Shown piece after piece: positions 11,150 to 20,656 of a stretch of DNA of 64,000 nucleotides; the first letter of the stretch is position 1, and the number at the start of each line of letters is the position of its first letter. The translations under genes and the position numbers were made by a program. The stretch comes from an uncultured Methylomirabilota bacterium (GTDB lineage: Bacteria; Methylomirabilota; Methylomirabilia; Methylomirabilales; 2-02-FULL-66-22): the NCBI GenBank assembly GCA_963705305.1, contig OY970067.1, positions 3,776,001-3,840,000 on the forward strand. The letters are read 5' to 3'. The notes below the pieces were generated by a model. The model ran no database searches, had not been told where the DNA came from, and saw nothing but the letters and a program-made list of their open reading frames with translations.

Positions 11150-12112
11150 ATGGGTGACACCAGCGGCCGGCCGATCGCCCTGGTGGCGATGGGCGGGCAC
11201 GCTTTCATGCAGCAGGGCGAGGCGGGGAACATCTGCGAGCATGAGCGGAACGCAGCGGCGATCTGCGGCTCGCTCATGACCCTGGTCGAGCGGGACTACA
11301 ATCTGGTCATCACCCACGGGAACGGCCCGCAGGTTGGAAATCTACTCCTCCAGAGCGAGCTCACCCGGCACGATGTCCCCTTCATGCCGCTCGATGTCCT
11401 CGTGGCCAACACCGAGGGATTTCTCGGATACGTCCTACAGCAGGCGCTCCTGAACCATCTCCGGCGGCGGGAGATCAAGCGTTATGTCGTCACCATGATC
11501 ACGCAAGTGCTGGTTGATGAGAACGACGTGGCGTTCCAGCAGCCCTCGAAGCCAATCGGGCCGTTCCTCACGCGGGAACAGGCCGAGGATCGGCGTGACC
11601 GGCTGGGCTGGAAAATCCTGGACGACGCCGGGCGCGGCTGGCGGCGGCTGGTGCCCTCGCCACGGCCCGTGCGCGTCGTGCAACGGCTTATGATCCGCGA
11701 CTCGGCTCGCGCCGGCCACATCGTGGTTGCGTGCGGCGGGGGCGGGATCCCGATCATTCGGGACGAGAACGGGGACTATAAAGGGATCGAGGCTGTCATC
11801 GACAAGGACCTCACGTCATCCATCCTGGCGACGGAAATCGGGGCGGATCTGTTGATTATCCTCACCGATGTGCCGCAGGTGTACGTTCACTACGGCAAGC
11901 CGGAGCAAAAGGCGTTGGGGGCCGTAACACTCGAGGAGATTAAGACCCTCCAGACGGAGGGGCATTTCGGGAAGGGCAGCATGGGGCCGAAGGTGGAAGC
12001 CATCGTTGGGTTCCTGATGGCGGGAGGAAAGCGCGGGCTCATCACCAGCCCGGCGCAACTCGCCGCAGCCCTCGACGGCTGCGCCGGCACACATTTCGTG
12101 GGGAAAATCTAG
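11150..12112 (+). CDS. arcC: Carbamate kinase
   Basis: AMGGHA, ITHGNGPQVG, KPIGPF, GWRRLVPSP, GGGGIP, EAVIDKD, GSMGPK. Confidence 0.95.
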   Translation: MGDTSGRPIALVAMGGHAFMQQGEAGNICEHERNAAAICGSLMTLVERDYNLVITHGNGPQVGNLLLQSELTRHDVPFMPLDVLVANTEGFLGYVLQQALLNHLRRREIKRYVVTMITQVLVDENDVAFQQPSKPIGPFLTREQAEDRRDRLGWKILDDAGRGWRRLVPSPRPVRVVQRLMIRDSARAGHIVVACGGGGIPIIRDENGDYKGIEAVIDKDLTSSILATEIGADLLIILTDVPQVYVHYGKPEQKALGAVTLEEIKTLQTEGHFGKGSMGPKVEAIVGFLMAGGKRGLITSPAQLAAALDGCAGTHFVGKI

Positions 12113-12518
12113 CCGAGCTTCACCCCAAACTGACCCGGAGCAGACTGACGTTCAGGTTGCCTGAGAATGGAATTCGTCCGGCGGTTCCCCTCGGGCGTTC
12201 AGTCGCTGACCTCACGAACGGGGCCGAGGTATGAAGCGGAGGAGCCGTTCGTGGATCGCCTCCGAATTGAGATGCAGCTACGGCATCCGACAGGGGCATA
12301 GGTATCATCCGGGGGTGGATCGGCGAAAGGGAGAACATGAAGACCGCCGCGACCTTCGCCGGCATGCGCCGGGAGAAGCCGCCGCCCAAGTGCGTTTCTC
12401 GGGGGCCCGCCTAGCGGAGGCAATCGGGCGATCCAGTGATCTGGCAGTCCGGTGGCTCTACTGGCCTTTGCATGAGTCGTGGCGCAGGTGGAGGGGTGGG
12501 GCGGTCGGGCCGGAGTGC

Positions 12519-13013
12519 CTATTTTTCCTCAAGTGGGATCTTCGTCTCGAACTTGGAGCAGTTCATCGCAAACAGACTCATAAAGTTGCTGACATTGTTG
12601 GTGTTGGTGAAGAGGTGCCTCGTGAAAAGATGATAAACCTCCATTGATGTTGCAGCCACAATCAACAAGAAGTCCCACTCTCCTGAAACCTCATAACACG
12701 CCATAACGTCGGGCTCCTGGCTAATCCTCTTTTCGAATTCCCTCAGCCGCTGGTCATTCTGGGTTTCGAGTTCAACTGTGACGAAGATCGTGAGCGGGTG
12801 GCCCACCCTAACACGGTCGACGAGGGCGACTTCCTTGAGCAGAATCTTGTTGGCCCGCAATGCGGCGATGCGTCGCTGGCAGGTTGCAGCCGATGCATGC
12901 ACTATCTCTGCCAGCCTCCGAAGTGGGATGGTGGCGTTCTCCTGAAGGACATTCAGGATCCGAATGTCGAGACGATCAAGATTTACGCTTCCCATAATCT
13001 CATTGTCTCGCAA
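12519..13013 (-). CDS. Lrp/AsnC family transcriptional regulator
   Basis: LDRLDIRILNVLQEN HTH, CYEVSGEWDFLL RAM domain. Confidence 0.93.
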   Translation of the reverse strand: MRDNEIMGSVNLDRLDIRILNVLQENATIPLRRLAEIVHASAATCQRRIAALRANKILLKEVALVDRVRVGHPLTIFVTVELETQNDQRLREFEKRISQEPDVMACYEVSGEWDFLLIVAATSMEVYHLFTRHLFTNTNNVSNFMSLFAMNCSKFETKIPLEEK

Positions 13014-13145
13014 TGATGCATTCTTGGTGCAGTTTCATCTCTTATATGGAGGTATTTGGGTTGATGCGTAGCGTTTCAGTCTTCATTCTGAAATGGTTTC
13101 TCAATATACTCCACTGTATGGTGTTGTCAAGGTCCTGGATAGCGC

Positions 13146-14665
13146 CCCTAATCTCCGGCTAAGAAGTTGAGGGGGATCGCGAATCACGCAGCGGCCCGCA
13201 GTGCGCGCGGCCCGCGGGGTTGGCATCGGCCTTGCTTGGTTTCACCCAGTGGGTGCAAACACCACAAGGAGGAGAGCGATGCCCGACACCTCGCCCCGGT
13301 TGCCGTTCGAGATCGATGACGCGATCGACCCCACGCTGGTCACGGGCCGGGCCGGGGTCCCGCTCGTGATCGAGCTGTTCCGCCAGCTCGGGGTGGCCCA
13401 GGCCGTCGACACCCACGTTGCGGTCAAGCAGCGGCAGCGCGGATTACCCCCCTCGCAGCTCGTGGAGAGTCTCGTCGCGTTGTGGACGAGCGGCGGGGAC
13501 CGCTGCCAGGACCTCACGACGCTCCGGGAGGATCAGGCCCTGGCCACGCTGCTCGGCTACCCCCTGCCGGCCGCGACCACGGTCCGGGACTTCCTCGAGG
13601 CCTTCCACGTGGAGGACGGGCCGCTCTGGGTGGCCGGGCCCGCGGCCACGGTCCCCCTGGAGTCCGCCCCCTTGGCGGGCCTCGGACAGGCGAACCGGAC
13701 GCTGGTCGCGGGCGTCCAGCGCGGGGCCCGGGCGGCGACGGCCACCCTGGATGTGGACGCGACGCTCGTCGAGAGCCACAAGGACGCGGCGACCGTGGCC
13801 TACGACGGGACCCGGGGCTACCAGCCCGTCGTGGTCCTCTGGGCCGAGCACGATGTCATCGTGCACGACCAGTTCCGCGATGGCCAGGTGCCCGCCGGGT
13901 GCGGCAACGTGCGCGTCCTCGAACAGGCGGTGGCCAACTTGCCCCAGGGCGTGGACCGCATCTCCCTGCGGGCCGACAGCGCCCTCTACGAGACGGAGGT
14001 CCTCCGCTGGTGCGAGGAGAAGAAAATCGCCTACGCGATTAGCGCCGATATGTCCGCGCAGCTCCAGGCCGAGATCCGGCGCCTCCCCGCGGCCGCCTGG
14101 CAGCTCGAGCGGGAGGAGCCCGAGGCGATCCGGGCCTGGGCCGAAGTCCCCTACGTCCCCGAGGATGGCGATCACCGGAAGGCGCGGCCGTGCGTTCGCC
14201 GCTACCTCGCGGTGCGTATCCAGCGACGCCAGGGGAGCCTCTTCGCCGACGGGAGTAGCGTGCAGTACTTCGCCGTGGTCACCAATCGGCCGGAGGATGG
14301 GCTCACGATCCTCCGGTGGCACCGGGAGAAAGCAGGGACCATCGAGCACACCCATCACGTCCTCAAGACCGAGCTGGCGGCCGCCGCGCTGCCCAGTGGG
14401 AAGTTCGGGGCGAACGCCGCCTGGTTCCGGCTGAACGTGCTCACCTACAACCTGCTCACCGCGCTCAAGCGGTTGACCTTACCCGGAGATCTCCGGACCG
14501 CCCGGCCGAAGCGTCTCCGGTTCCTGCTGTTCAACACCGTCGGGAAGGTCGTCGCGCATGCCCGACGGACGCTCTTGCGGCTCTCGGGCGCCCTGCAGCA
14601 CGCCTTGCTCGTCCGGGCGCGGCGCAAGATCGCCCGGCTGGCCACCGCTTAGCCGGAGATTAGGG
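13146..14665 (+). mobile_element. IS1380-family insertion sequence, complete
   Basis: Perfect 18-bp TIRs CCCTAATCTCCGGCTAAG (13146-13163, 14648-14665); TAGCGC direct repeats at 13140-13145 and 14666-14671. Confidence 0.92.
13279..14652 (+). CDS. IS1380-family DDE transposase
   Basis: TLDVDAT, GYQP, LRADSA, IEHTHHVLK, FGANAAW. Confidence 0.92.
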   Translation: MPDTSPRLPFEIDDAIDPTLVTGRAGVPLVIELFRQLGVAQAVDTHVAVKQRQRGLPPSQLVESLVALWTSGGDRCQDLTTLREDQALATLLGYPLPAATTVRDFLEAFHVEDGPLWVAGPAATVPLESAPLAGLGQANRTLVAGVQRGARAATATLDVDATLVESHKDAATVAYDGTRGYQPVVVLWAEHDVIVHDQFRDGQVPAGCGNVRVLEQAVANLPQGVDRISLRADSALYETEVLRWCEEKKIAYAISADMSAQLQAEIRRLPAAAWQLEREEPEAIRAWAEVPYVPEDGDHRKARPCVRRYLAVRIQRRQGSLFADGSSVQYFAVVTNRPEDGLTILRWHREKAGTIEHTHHVLKTELAAAALPSGKFGANAAWFRLNVLTYNLLTALKRLTLPGDLRTARPKRLRFLLFNTVGKVVAHARRTLLRLSGALQHALLVRARRKIARLATA

Positions 14666-14746
14666 TAGCGCCCTGTGGTAGCTCAGCAAACTTGTCCGCC
14701 TCTAACAGATCAGGGATTCTGTCCGCTCTCGTAGAGAGGAGGACAG

Positions 14747-14971
14747 ATGACCCTGACTCCCGAGGAAGCCCGACGCGTGCACGTTCTCACCCTCCTGGAG
14801 GGCAAGCGTATCACTCCCGCGCAGGCGGCCGAGGCGGTGGGACTCACCGCCCGGCAGGTCCGGCGCTTACGGGCCCGGCTCCGGCGGATGGGCCCGGGAG
14901 GGCTGGTCCATGGCAATCGGCGCCGCCTCACGCCGCCTCAGCGCCCCCGATATTGCCCGGATTCCCCTTGA
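14747..14971 (+). pseudogene. Truncated transposase N-terminal HTH (ISNCY/IS481-like)
   Basis: AAEAVGLTARQVRRLRAR...GLVHGNR with no DDE domain. Confidence 0.7.
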
Positions 14972-15124
14972 CACCCCTGGCTCGCCAATGGTAGCGTCCC
15001 GGCCGTCGCGTGTTCGTCGCGCGCCTTAAGGGCTTGTCGAGGAAAAACCTAAGGCGGCGAGCAATGACACGGGCTCGGAGGGTCGCGCGAAACCGCGCTG
15101 AGGCCAAATTCTACGGAGGCTGCC

Positions 15125-15307
15125 ATGCCCGACATCGTTATTAAGCCTGAGGAAATCGTAGTCGACAAGAACGGTAAAGTGACAATCAAGAACGAAGCAT
15201 TCAATAAGGCTGTTGAAAAAAAGCTGGGCAAGAAACGATCGGATGTGGAAGGACAAGGTGCGCAGGATTTCTTTGATCATGGGTGCATCAATAGATGCAG
15301 CCGCTGA
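15125..15307 (+). CDS. Putative RiPP precursor peptide (60 aa, C-terminal FFDHGCINRCSR)
   Basis: GGAGG RBS; charged leader-like N-terminus; Cys/aromatic C-terminus; immediately upstream of a radical SAM gene. Confidence 0.7.
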   Translation: MPDIVIKPEEIVVDKNGKVTIKNEAFNKAVEKKLGKKRSDVEGQGAQDFFDHGCINRCSR

Positions 15308-15430
15308 TCCTGACGACAAGATAAACCGGCGGGCAATCTAAAGCACGATCCGGTCCGGACGAGGAAGCGTCCGAAGAGAGTAAATGTGTGGAACGCTTCT
15401 CGTCCGAATCCGGGCGGCCCATAGCAGCAT

Positions 15431-16426
15431 ATGGCCTCATTAAGCATATCGCAGCTTGCGAATCTCCTTTCTGTTCGTGCATGGCATCTCATAATAATCC
15501 CCACTGAAAAATGTAATTTTAAATGCACGTATTGTTACGAAACGTCCAATACGAGCATGATGAAACAAGAAATTGTCGAGGCGATTAAGACGCTCATCAG
15601 CCGACGACTGCCCGAACTTGACACGCTATATGTCGGATGGTTCGGAGGGGAGCCGTTATTGGCAAGAAATGTCATCAGGGATATTTCTAAGGACATCAAG
15701 GGCCTGGCGCGGTCTTACTCAAGCCTGAAGTATAGGGCCGGAATGGCAACCAACGCCTATTTTTTGACGCCGTCCCTTTTATCCGAGCTGGCTGAACTCG
15801 GCATATCTGACTACCAGATAACGCTTGACGGTCCCCCGGAGATTCACGACAAGCGTCGCGCAACTGCCAACGGCAGGGGGACGTTTGATCGCATATGGAA
15901 GAACCTGATAGCCATACGGGACAGCTCTGAGCAGGTACGTGTCCTGCTGCGTATCCATTTCGATCCTTCCGGGATCTCCCATTTGGGTGTTCTCGTCGAG
16001 GATGTGCGCCGGGAGTTTCTGCCGGACAGGAGGTTCACGGTTCATTTCCAAGCGATAAGACGCCTTGGTGGAAAGGACGATTGCCAGATTCGGATATTTT
16101 CGGCTTCGGAGGAACGGGACCAAATCCGAATGCTTCGACAGGCGTTGTATAAGGATCGGAGGTATCAAGAGACCAGGGAGCCGCCCTACGTGTGCTATGC
16201 CTCTCGACCCAACTCCCTGGTAATCTATCCAAATGGTGATATCGGCAAATGTACAGTGGCTCTGTACGATCCGATTAATAGGATCGGCTCGATAAATGCG
16301 GACGGAACTGTAAACATTGATCCGGAACTTCTGAGATTATGGTCACGCGGGTTTATGGCAAAGCCCGACCTCTCGACCCTGTGTTGCCCTCTGAAGAACT
16401 TTCCGAAGGCTCCGAGTCGTCTATAA
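15431..16426 (+). CDS. Radical SAM enzyme with C-terminal twitch/SPASM-like Cys region, putative peptide maturase
   Basis: CNFKCTYC (CxxxCxxC), WFGGEPLL, QITLDG, CYA...NGDIGKC...CC. Confidence 0.9.
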   Translation: MASLSISQLANLLSVRAWHLIIIPTEKCNFKCTYCYETSNTSMMKQEIVEAIKTLISRRLPELDTLYVGWFGGEPLLARNVIRDISKDIKGLARSYSSLKYRAGMATNAYFLTPSLLSELAELGISDYQITLDGPPEIHDKRRATANGRGTFDRIWKNLIAIRDSSEQVRVLLRIHFDPSGISHLGVLVEDVRREFLPDRRFTVHFQAIRRLGGKDDCQIRIFSASEERDQIRMLRQALYKDRRYQETREPPYVCYASRPNSLVIYPNGDIGKCTVALYDPINRIGSINADGTVNIDPELLRLWSRGFMAKPDLSTLCCPLKNFPKAPSRL

Positions 16427-16625
16427 ATAAGAAGAAGGTCCCGGCGTTATCAATCGAAAAATTGGCTGCACGGTGACGCGGGAGTGGCGGTATTTGTTCC
16501 TATATTTGTGTCTAGATATCCTGCTTCCATTGAAGTTGACCCCACCCTGAGGTCATGGGAGGATCCCTGGCTCGGAGGTGGCCATGGGCGACTACACAGG
16601 CAATGATCGGCAGGAGGACACGCGC

Positions 16626-17774
16626 ATGCAGTCGCCCCGCCTTGATCGTGCGGCGGTGCTCGATCTCCTTCAGCAGTTGATCCGCATCCCCTCCGTAAAT
16701 CCCTCACTCGTTCCGGAGGAGGCATCCGGGGAGGCCGCCATCGCCGCCTTCGCCCGCGACTGGCTGGCCGAGCATGGCCTCCGGGCCTGGCTGGAAGAGG
16801 CGGCCCCCGGCCGGCCGAACGCCGTGGCCGAAGTGGGCGGCGGCGAAGGTCCGACCCTGGTTTTCTGCGCCCACTTGGATACAGTCGGAACGGCCGGGAT
16901 GACCATTTCCGCGTTCGAGCCCCGCCTGGAAAGGGGCCGCGTCTACGGCCGGGGAAGCTACGACATGAAGGGGAGCGTCGCCGCTGTGATGGCCGCGGCG
17001 GTCGCCCTGGCCGGCGAGGGGCTCGGGGGTCGAGTCCTGTTGGCGCTGGTGGCGGATGAGGAGTACGCCAGTGTGGGGGCCGCCGACTTCGTGCGGCGCC
17101 ACCGGGCAGACGCCTGCGTCCTTACCGAGCCCAGCGAAAGGAGGCTCATTCTCGGCCATAAGGGATTCGTATGGGCGGAAGTACTGACAACCGGCCGGGC
17201 CGCCCACGGCAGCCGCTGGGACCTCGGGGTGAGCGCCATCGGCAAGATGGGACGCATCATCGCCGCACTCGAGCTGTTCGACCGGCAGGCGCTCCGGGAA
17301 CGGGTGCACCCCCTGATGGGCCCGGCTTCCCTGCACTGCGCCCTCGTCCAGGGCGGTGCCGGCCTCTCGACCTACGCCCCCGAGTGCCGCCTTCAGGTGG
17401 AGCGGCGGACGCTGCCCGGCGAGACCCCCGAGCAGGTCCGCCAAGAACTGGAAGCGGTCGTCCGGCAGGCCGGCGAGGAGGCGGAGGTTCGGTGCTTCTT
17501 CGACCGGATGCCCCTTCTGTGCGATCGGGAGGCGCCGGTGGTCCATTGCGTCCGGGCGGCGGCGGCGGCCGTGACCGGGCAGCCGCCTGTCGAGGCCGGC
17601 GTTCCGTACTGGACGGATGCCGCTATCTTTGCCGCGGCCGGGATCCCCACCGTGGACTATGGCCCCGCCGGGGCCGGCGCACACGAGCCAGTGGAGTGGG
17701 TGGACCTGGACTCTGTCCTCACCTGCGCGGAGGTCCTCGTCGAAGCAGCCCGCCGGTTCTGCCGGCCGGCCTGA
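16626..17774 (+). CDS. ArgE/DapE-family (M20) deacylase
   Basis: AHLDTV, GRGSYDMKG, ADEE, TEP, GAHEPVE. Confidence 0.92.
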   Translation: MQSPRLDRAAVLDLLQQLIRIPSVNPSLVPEEASGEAAIAAFARDWLAEHGLRAWLEEAAPGRPNAVAEVGGGEGPTLVFCAHLDTVGTAGMTISAFEPRLERGRVYGRGSYDMKGSVAAVMAAAVALAGEGLGGRVLLALVADEEYASVGAADFVRRHRADACVLTEPSERRLILGHKGFVWAEVLTTGRAAHGSRWDLGVSAIGKMGRIIAALELFDRQALRERVHPLMGPASLHCALVQGGAGLSTYAPECRLQVERRTLPGETPEQVRQELEAVVRQAGEEAEVRCFFDRMPLLCDREAPVVHCVRAAAAAVTGQPPVEAGVPYWTDAAIFAAAGIPTVDYGPAGAGAHEPVEWVDLDSVLTCAEVLVEAARRFCRPA

Positions 17775-17975
17775 CGCGTCCGAAGATTTTGTCCCATGTC
17801 GAGCTGGCGCGCGAATCTTCGCCTGAAACGTTGCCAGGGCAGGTTTCGTACTGAAGCATGGGAGGATCGTCTATCGCCAAACATTCGCGCATACTGGCGC
17901 CGCGCTCCGGGGGCGGACCGTCAATGCCCGCGGAATGGAAGCGGGGAGAACCTTCTACATATGGGAGGTTGACGA

Positions 17976-18467
17976 ATGGTGAGCACGAGAGTCTGGCTGG
18001 TGGTTTTGAGCGCAATCTTCATAGCAGGAGGCCTGATATTCGGTTGGCCGCAGCAGGCGATCTCTGCTGCAGCCGCGGCGGAAAAGCCGATGGTCTATAA
18101 CCATATCACCACCGAAGGCTCGAGCATGGATGCGTTGGCCCACCGCATCTATGATCCAGACTACAAGGTGGTGGACTTCAGGGACAAAGATGGCGTCTAC
18201 ATTCCTCCGGTCCTGAAGTCTGGCTTCCCGCCCCTGGACCCCAAGGATTCCAATGGCGCGCCAATCAAGGGTAAAGTCGTGGCATTTTTCATCGTCGCGG
18301 CCACTGGCCACATTGAAAAGCCAGTTATCGTCCAGACTACGGACGAACGGCTGAAAAAGGCTGTCCTTGACGCCCTGAACGACTGGATTTTCCAGCCGGG
18401 CCGGGTGAATGGAAAGGATGTCTCCACGATTGGCGGGGAGGAGTTTGAGATCCCCCAGGCCCCATAG
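17976..18467 (+). CDS. Exported protein with TonB C-terminal-like domain
   Basis: Signal/TM N-terminus; GKVVAFFIVAATG...AVLDALNDWIFQPGRVNGK. Confidence 0.7.
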   Translation: MVSTRVWLVVLSAIFIAGGLIFGWPQQAISAAAAAEKPMVYNHITTEGSSMDALAHRIYDPDYKVVDFRDKDGVYIPPVLKSGFPPLDPKDSNGAPIKGKVVAFFIVAATGHIEKPVIVQTTDERLKKAVLDALNDWIFQPGRVNGKDVSTIGGEEFEIPQAP

Positions 18468-18601
18468 CCCAGGGCCTCCCCGAACCGGACCATGCCAGCT
18501 CTTGACGGCGCGGGTGAGGGCCCGGGGCGACGCCCCGTCGCAGGAATGTCAGCCGGCCATTGATGGCCCTCTCAGCACCACTGGCAGCGAAGCGCCCGGA
18601 C

Positions 18602-19114
18602 TCAGTCGACTAGCACCAGCCCGTAGTAGTGCTGTGCATCCCTCTCGTGACGTACGACCTCGATCGGAAAGCCATTGGCCCGGACCGTGGCGAAGACGTC
18701 TATGCCGCAAGCCTCCATGGACGGCCGGGCATCGTCAGGGTGGCGGCAGCTCTCGAAGTCACATTGGCTGCAGCCGCGGCAGGGTCCGGCTCCAAAGGCC
18801 AGGGCTTTGTAGAATCCCGCCAGGAAAAGCTCCCGCTCCAGCGGGGCCACGATCTTGGTCGGACGGGTCCATCTGCCTCGACAGTGAATCAAGAGCGCCC
18901 GCCGGTAGCAGTCGATCACCCTGGCAGTCTCCTCGGGAGCGGGTGAATGGGGCGGACAGCAGCGACTGGAGCCCCACCCGTCGCATCCGTACCGGCACTT
19001 CAGGCGCACCCATGGGGCCGTGACAACGGTTGCGGCGCGAATCACCTTCGCCCCATCGGCCCCCAGCTCACGAGCCCGCTCAACGAACGCCGACAGTCGG
19101 GGTTTCGTTTTCAT
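18602..19114 (-). CDS. DUF2284-like Cys-rich metal-binding protein
   Basis: VRLKCRYGC, CCPP, AGPCRGCSQC, RPSMEACGIDV. Confidence 0.85.
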   Translation of the reverse strand: MKTKPRLSAFVERARELGADGAKVIRAATVVTAPWVRLKCRYGCDGWGSSRCCPPHSPAPEETARVIDCYRRALLIHCRGRWTRPTKIVAPLERELFLAGFYKALAFGAGPCRGCSQCDFESCRHPDDARPSMEACGIDVFATVRANGFPIEVVRHERDAQHYYGLVLVD

Positions 19115-19252
19115 GATGCTTTTCTTTCTGCGGGAAGGCCGGCCGCATGACTTCTGCGAGCCGCCACGGCTCGCCGGGCAGGGCGCGGCCCCCCCGGACG
19201 GCTGGGGTCATCCCCCGGACCTCCCGTCCGAGCGACCCGGGGCGGAAGAGCG

Positions 19253-20110
19253 CTACCGGTTCTCGCTCGCGGGGTAGTCCGCGCCGAGGCTCGTCTGCTT
19301 CCAGGCCTCGATCTCTCCGAGCTTTTCTGTCAGGCTCTTGCGCACGTTCTCAAAGCCGACGGCACCCAGCACCAGATGGCGCGGCGGGTTGGAGGCTTGC
19401 ACCGCGTCGATGATCGCCTTTCCGGCGCGAACCGGATCGCCGGGCTGGACCCCGCTGCGGGCGGCCAATTGCCGCAGGCGCGCATTCACCGTCGACTCGT
19501 ACTCCTGAAATCGGCTCACATTTGGTTTGAGCGAGCGCCCGGCGAAGTCGGTGCGGAACGGCCCGGGCTCGATACAGAGCACCCGGATCCCGAGAGGCTC
19601 CGCCTCTTTGGCCAGCGCATCCGACAGCCCCTCGACGGCGTGCTTCGTTGCCGCGTAGTAGCCCGAACCGGCGAAACCGATGAACCCGCCGACGGAGGAG
19701 ATGTTGACGATGCACCCGCGCCGCCGCGCACGCATCCCGGGCAGCACCGCCCGAACCATCGCGGCCAGTCCGAACACATTCGTGTCGAACATGGCGCGGA
19801 TGGCCGCGTCGTCCCCCTCCTCGACCAACGTCATATAGCCATACCCGGCGTTGTTCACGAGAACGTCGATACCCCCCAGTCGGGATTCCGCTGTCTGAAC
19901 GGCCGCCGCGATCTGCGCCGGGACGGTCACGTCAAGCGCCAACGCGAGGCCGCGGCCGGCATGCGCAGCCGTTAGGTCTTCGATGCGGCGCGGGTCCCTG
20001 GCGGTCACGGCGGCGCGCCATCCGCGGTCGAGGACTAGCGCTGCGAGGGCCCGGCCGAAGCCGGTCGAGCAGCCGGTGATGAGCCAGACGGGAACGTGCT
20101 CGGATGTCAT
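19253..20110 (-). CDS. Short-chain dehydrogenase/reductase
   Basis: ITGCSTGFG, NNAG, YAATK; start at MTSEH. Confidence 0.93.
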   Translation of the reverse strand: MTSEHVPVWLITGCSTGFGRALAALVLDRGWRAAVTARDPRRIEDLTAAHAGRGLALALDVTVPAQIAAAVQTAESRLGGIDVLVNNAGYGYMTLVEEGDDAAIRAMFDTNVFGLAAMVRAVLPGMRARRRGCIVNISSVGGFIGFAGSGYYAATKHAVEGLSDALAKEAEPLGIRVLCIEPGPFRTDFAGRSLKPNVSRFQEYESTVNARLRQLAARSGVQPGDPVRAGKAIIDAVQASNPPRHLVLGAVGFENVRKSLTEKLGEIEAWKQTSLGADYPASENR

Positions 20111-20350
20111 CGTGGGTCTCCTTTTCCTGAAAGGGATTTCCCCCCGGCCCGGATTCATCCGTGCCGGGGGTCCCGCAGCCTCGTTTGCCCGGAGTCCGGG
20201 AGGGCCCCAGGTCTCTCCAATCCCGGGGGAGTATACCTCCGAGTCCGCTCCGGAACAATCGGCCACTGCATCCGGCCAAGGGCTGGTGAAATCCGCAGGA
20301 AGGCGAAATCCCACTTGAGGTGGCCGGCGGCACGGCTTCCTGCTATTCTA

Positions 20351-20612
20351 GCAGGGTGCTGAAGAACTCGTTCTCGCTGAGGCTGCTCAAAAAGGCCCAG
20401 ATGTCCCTCGACTTCGCTCGGGACCGTGAGCCCGCCGAACGGCAAGGCGCCGCGCCGGGTACCCACCGGGCACCCTCTGGGTGGGGTGGGTGCAGGCGCG
20501 AGGCGTACTTAGCACGTACGTCGCAGCGCCGCGGGAGCGCGCGGGTACCCGGCCGAAGGCTGGGCACCCATCAGATGGGTACCCGGCAGATGGGACTTTT
20601 TCAGCAGCCTGC
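20351..20612. repeat. MITE family A, copy 1
   Basis: GCAGGGTGCTGAAGAA...TTTTTCAGCAGCCTGC ends; shared core with four other copies. Confidence 0.8.
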
Positions 20613-20656
20613 CAGACCTCGACAGGGCACCTGTAGGTGCCGGGAGATCAGGACGC

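Noticed and set aside
16626..18467. M20 deacylase and TonB-like gene as definite parts of the RiPP cluster
   Set aside because: The M20 gene has much higher GC and is separated by ~200 bp; linkage cannot be supported from sequence alone.
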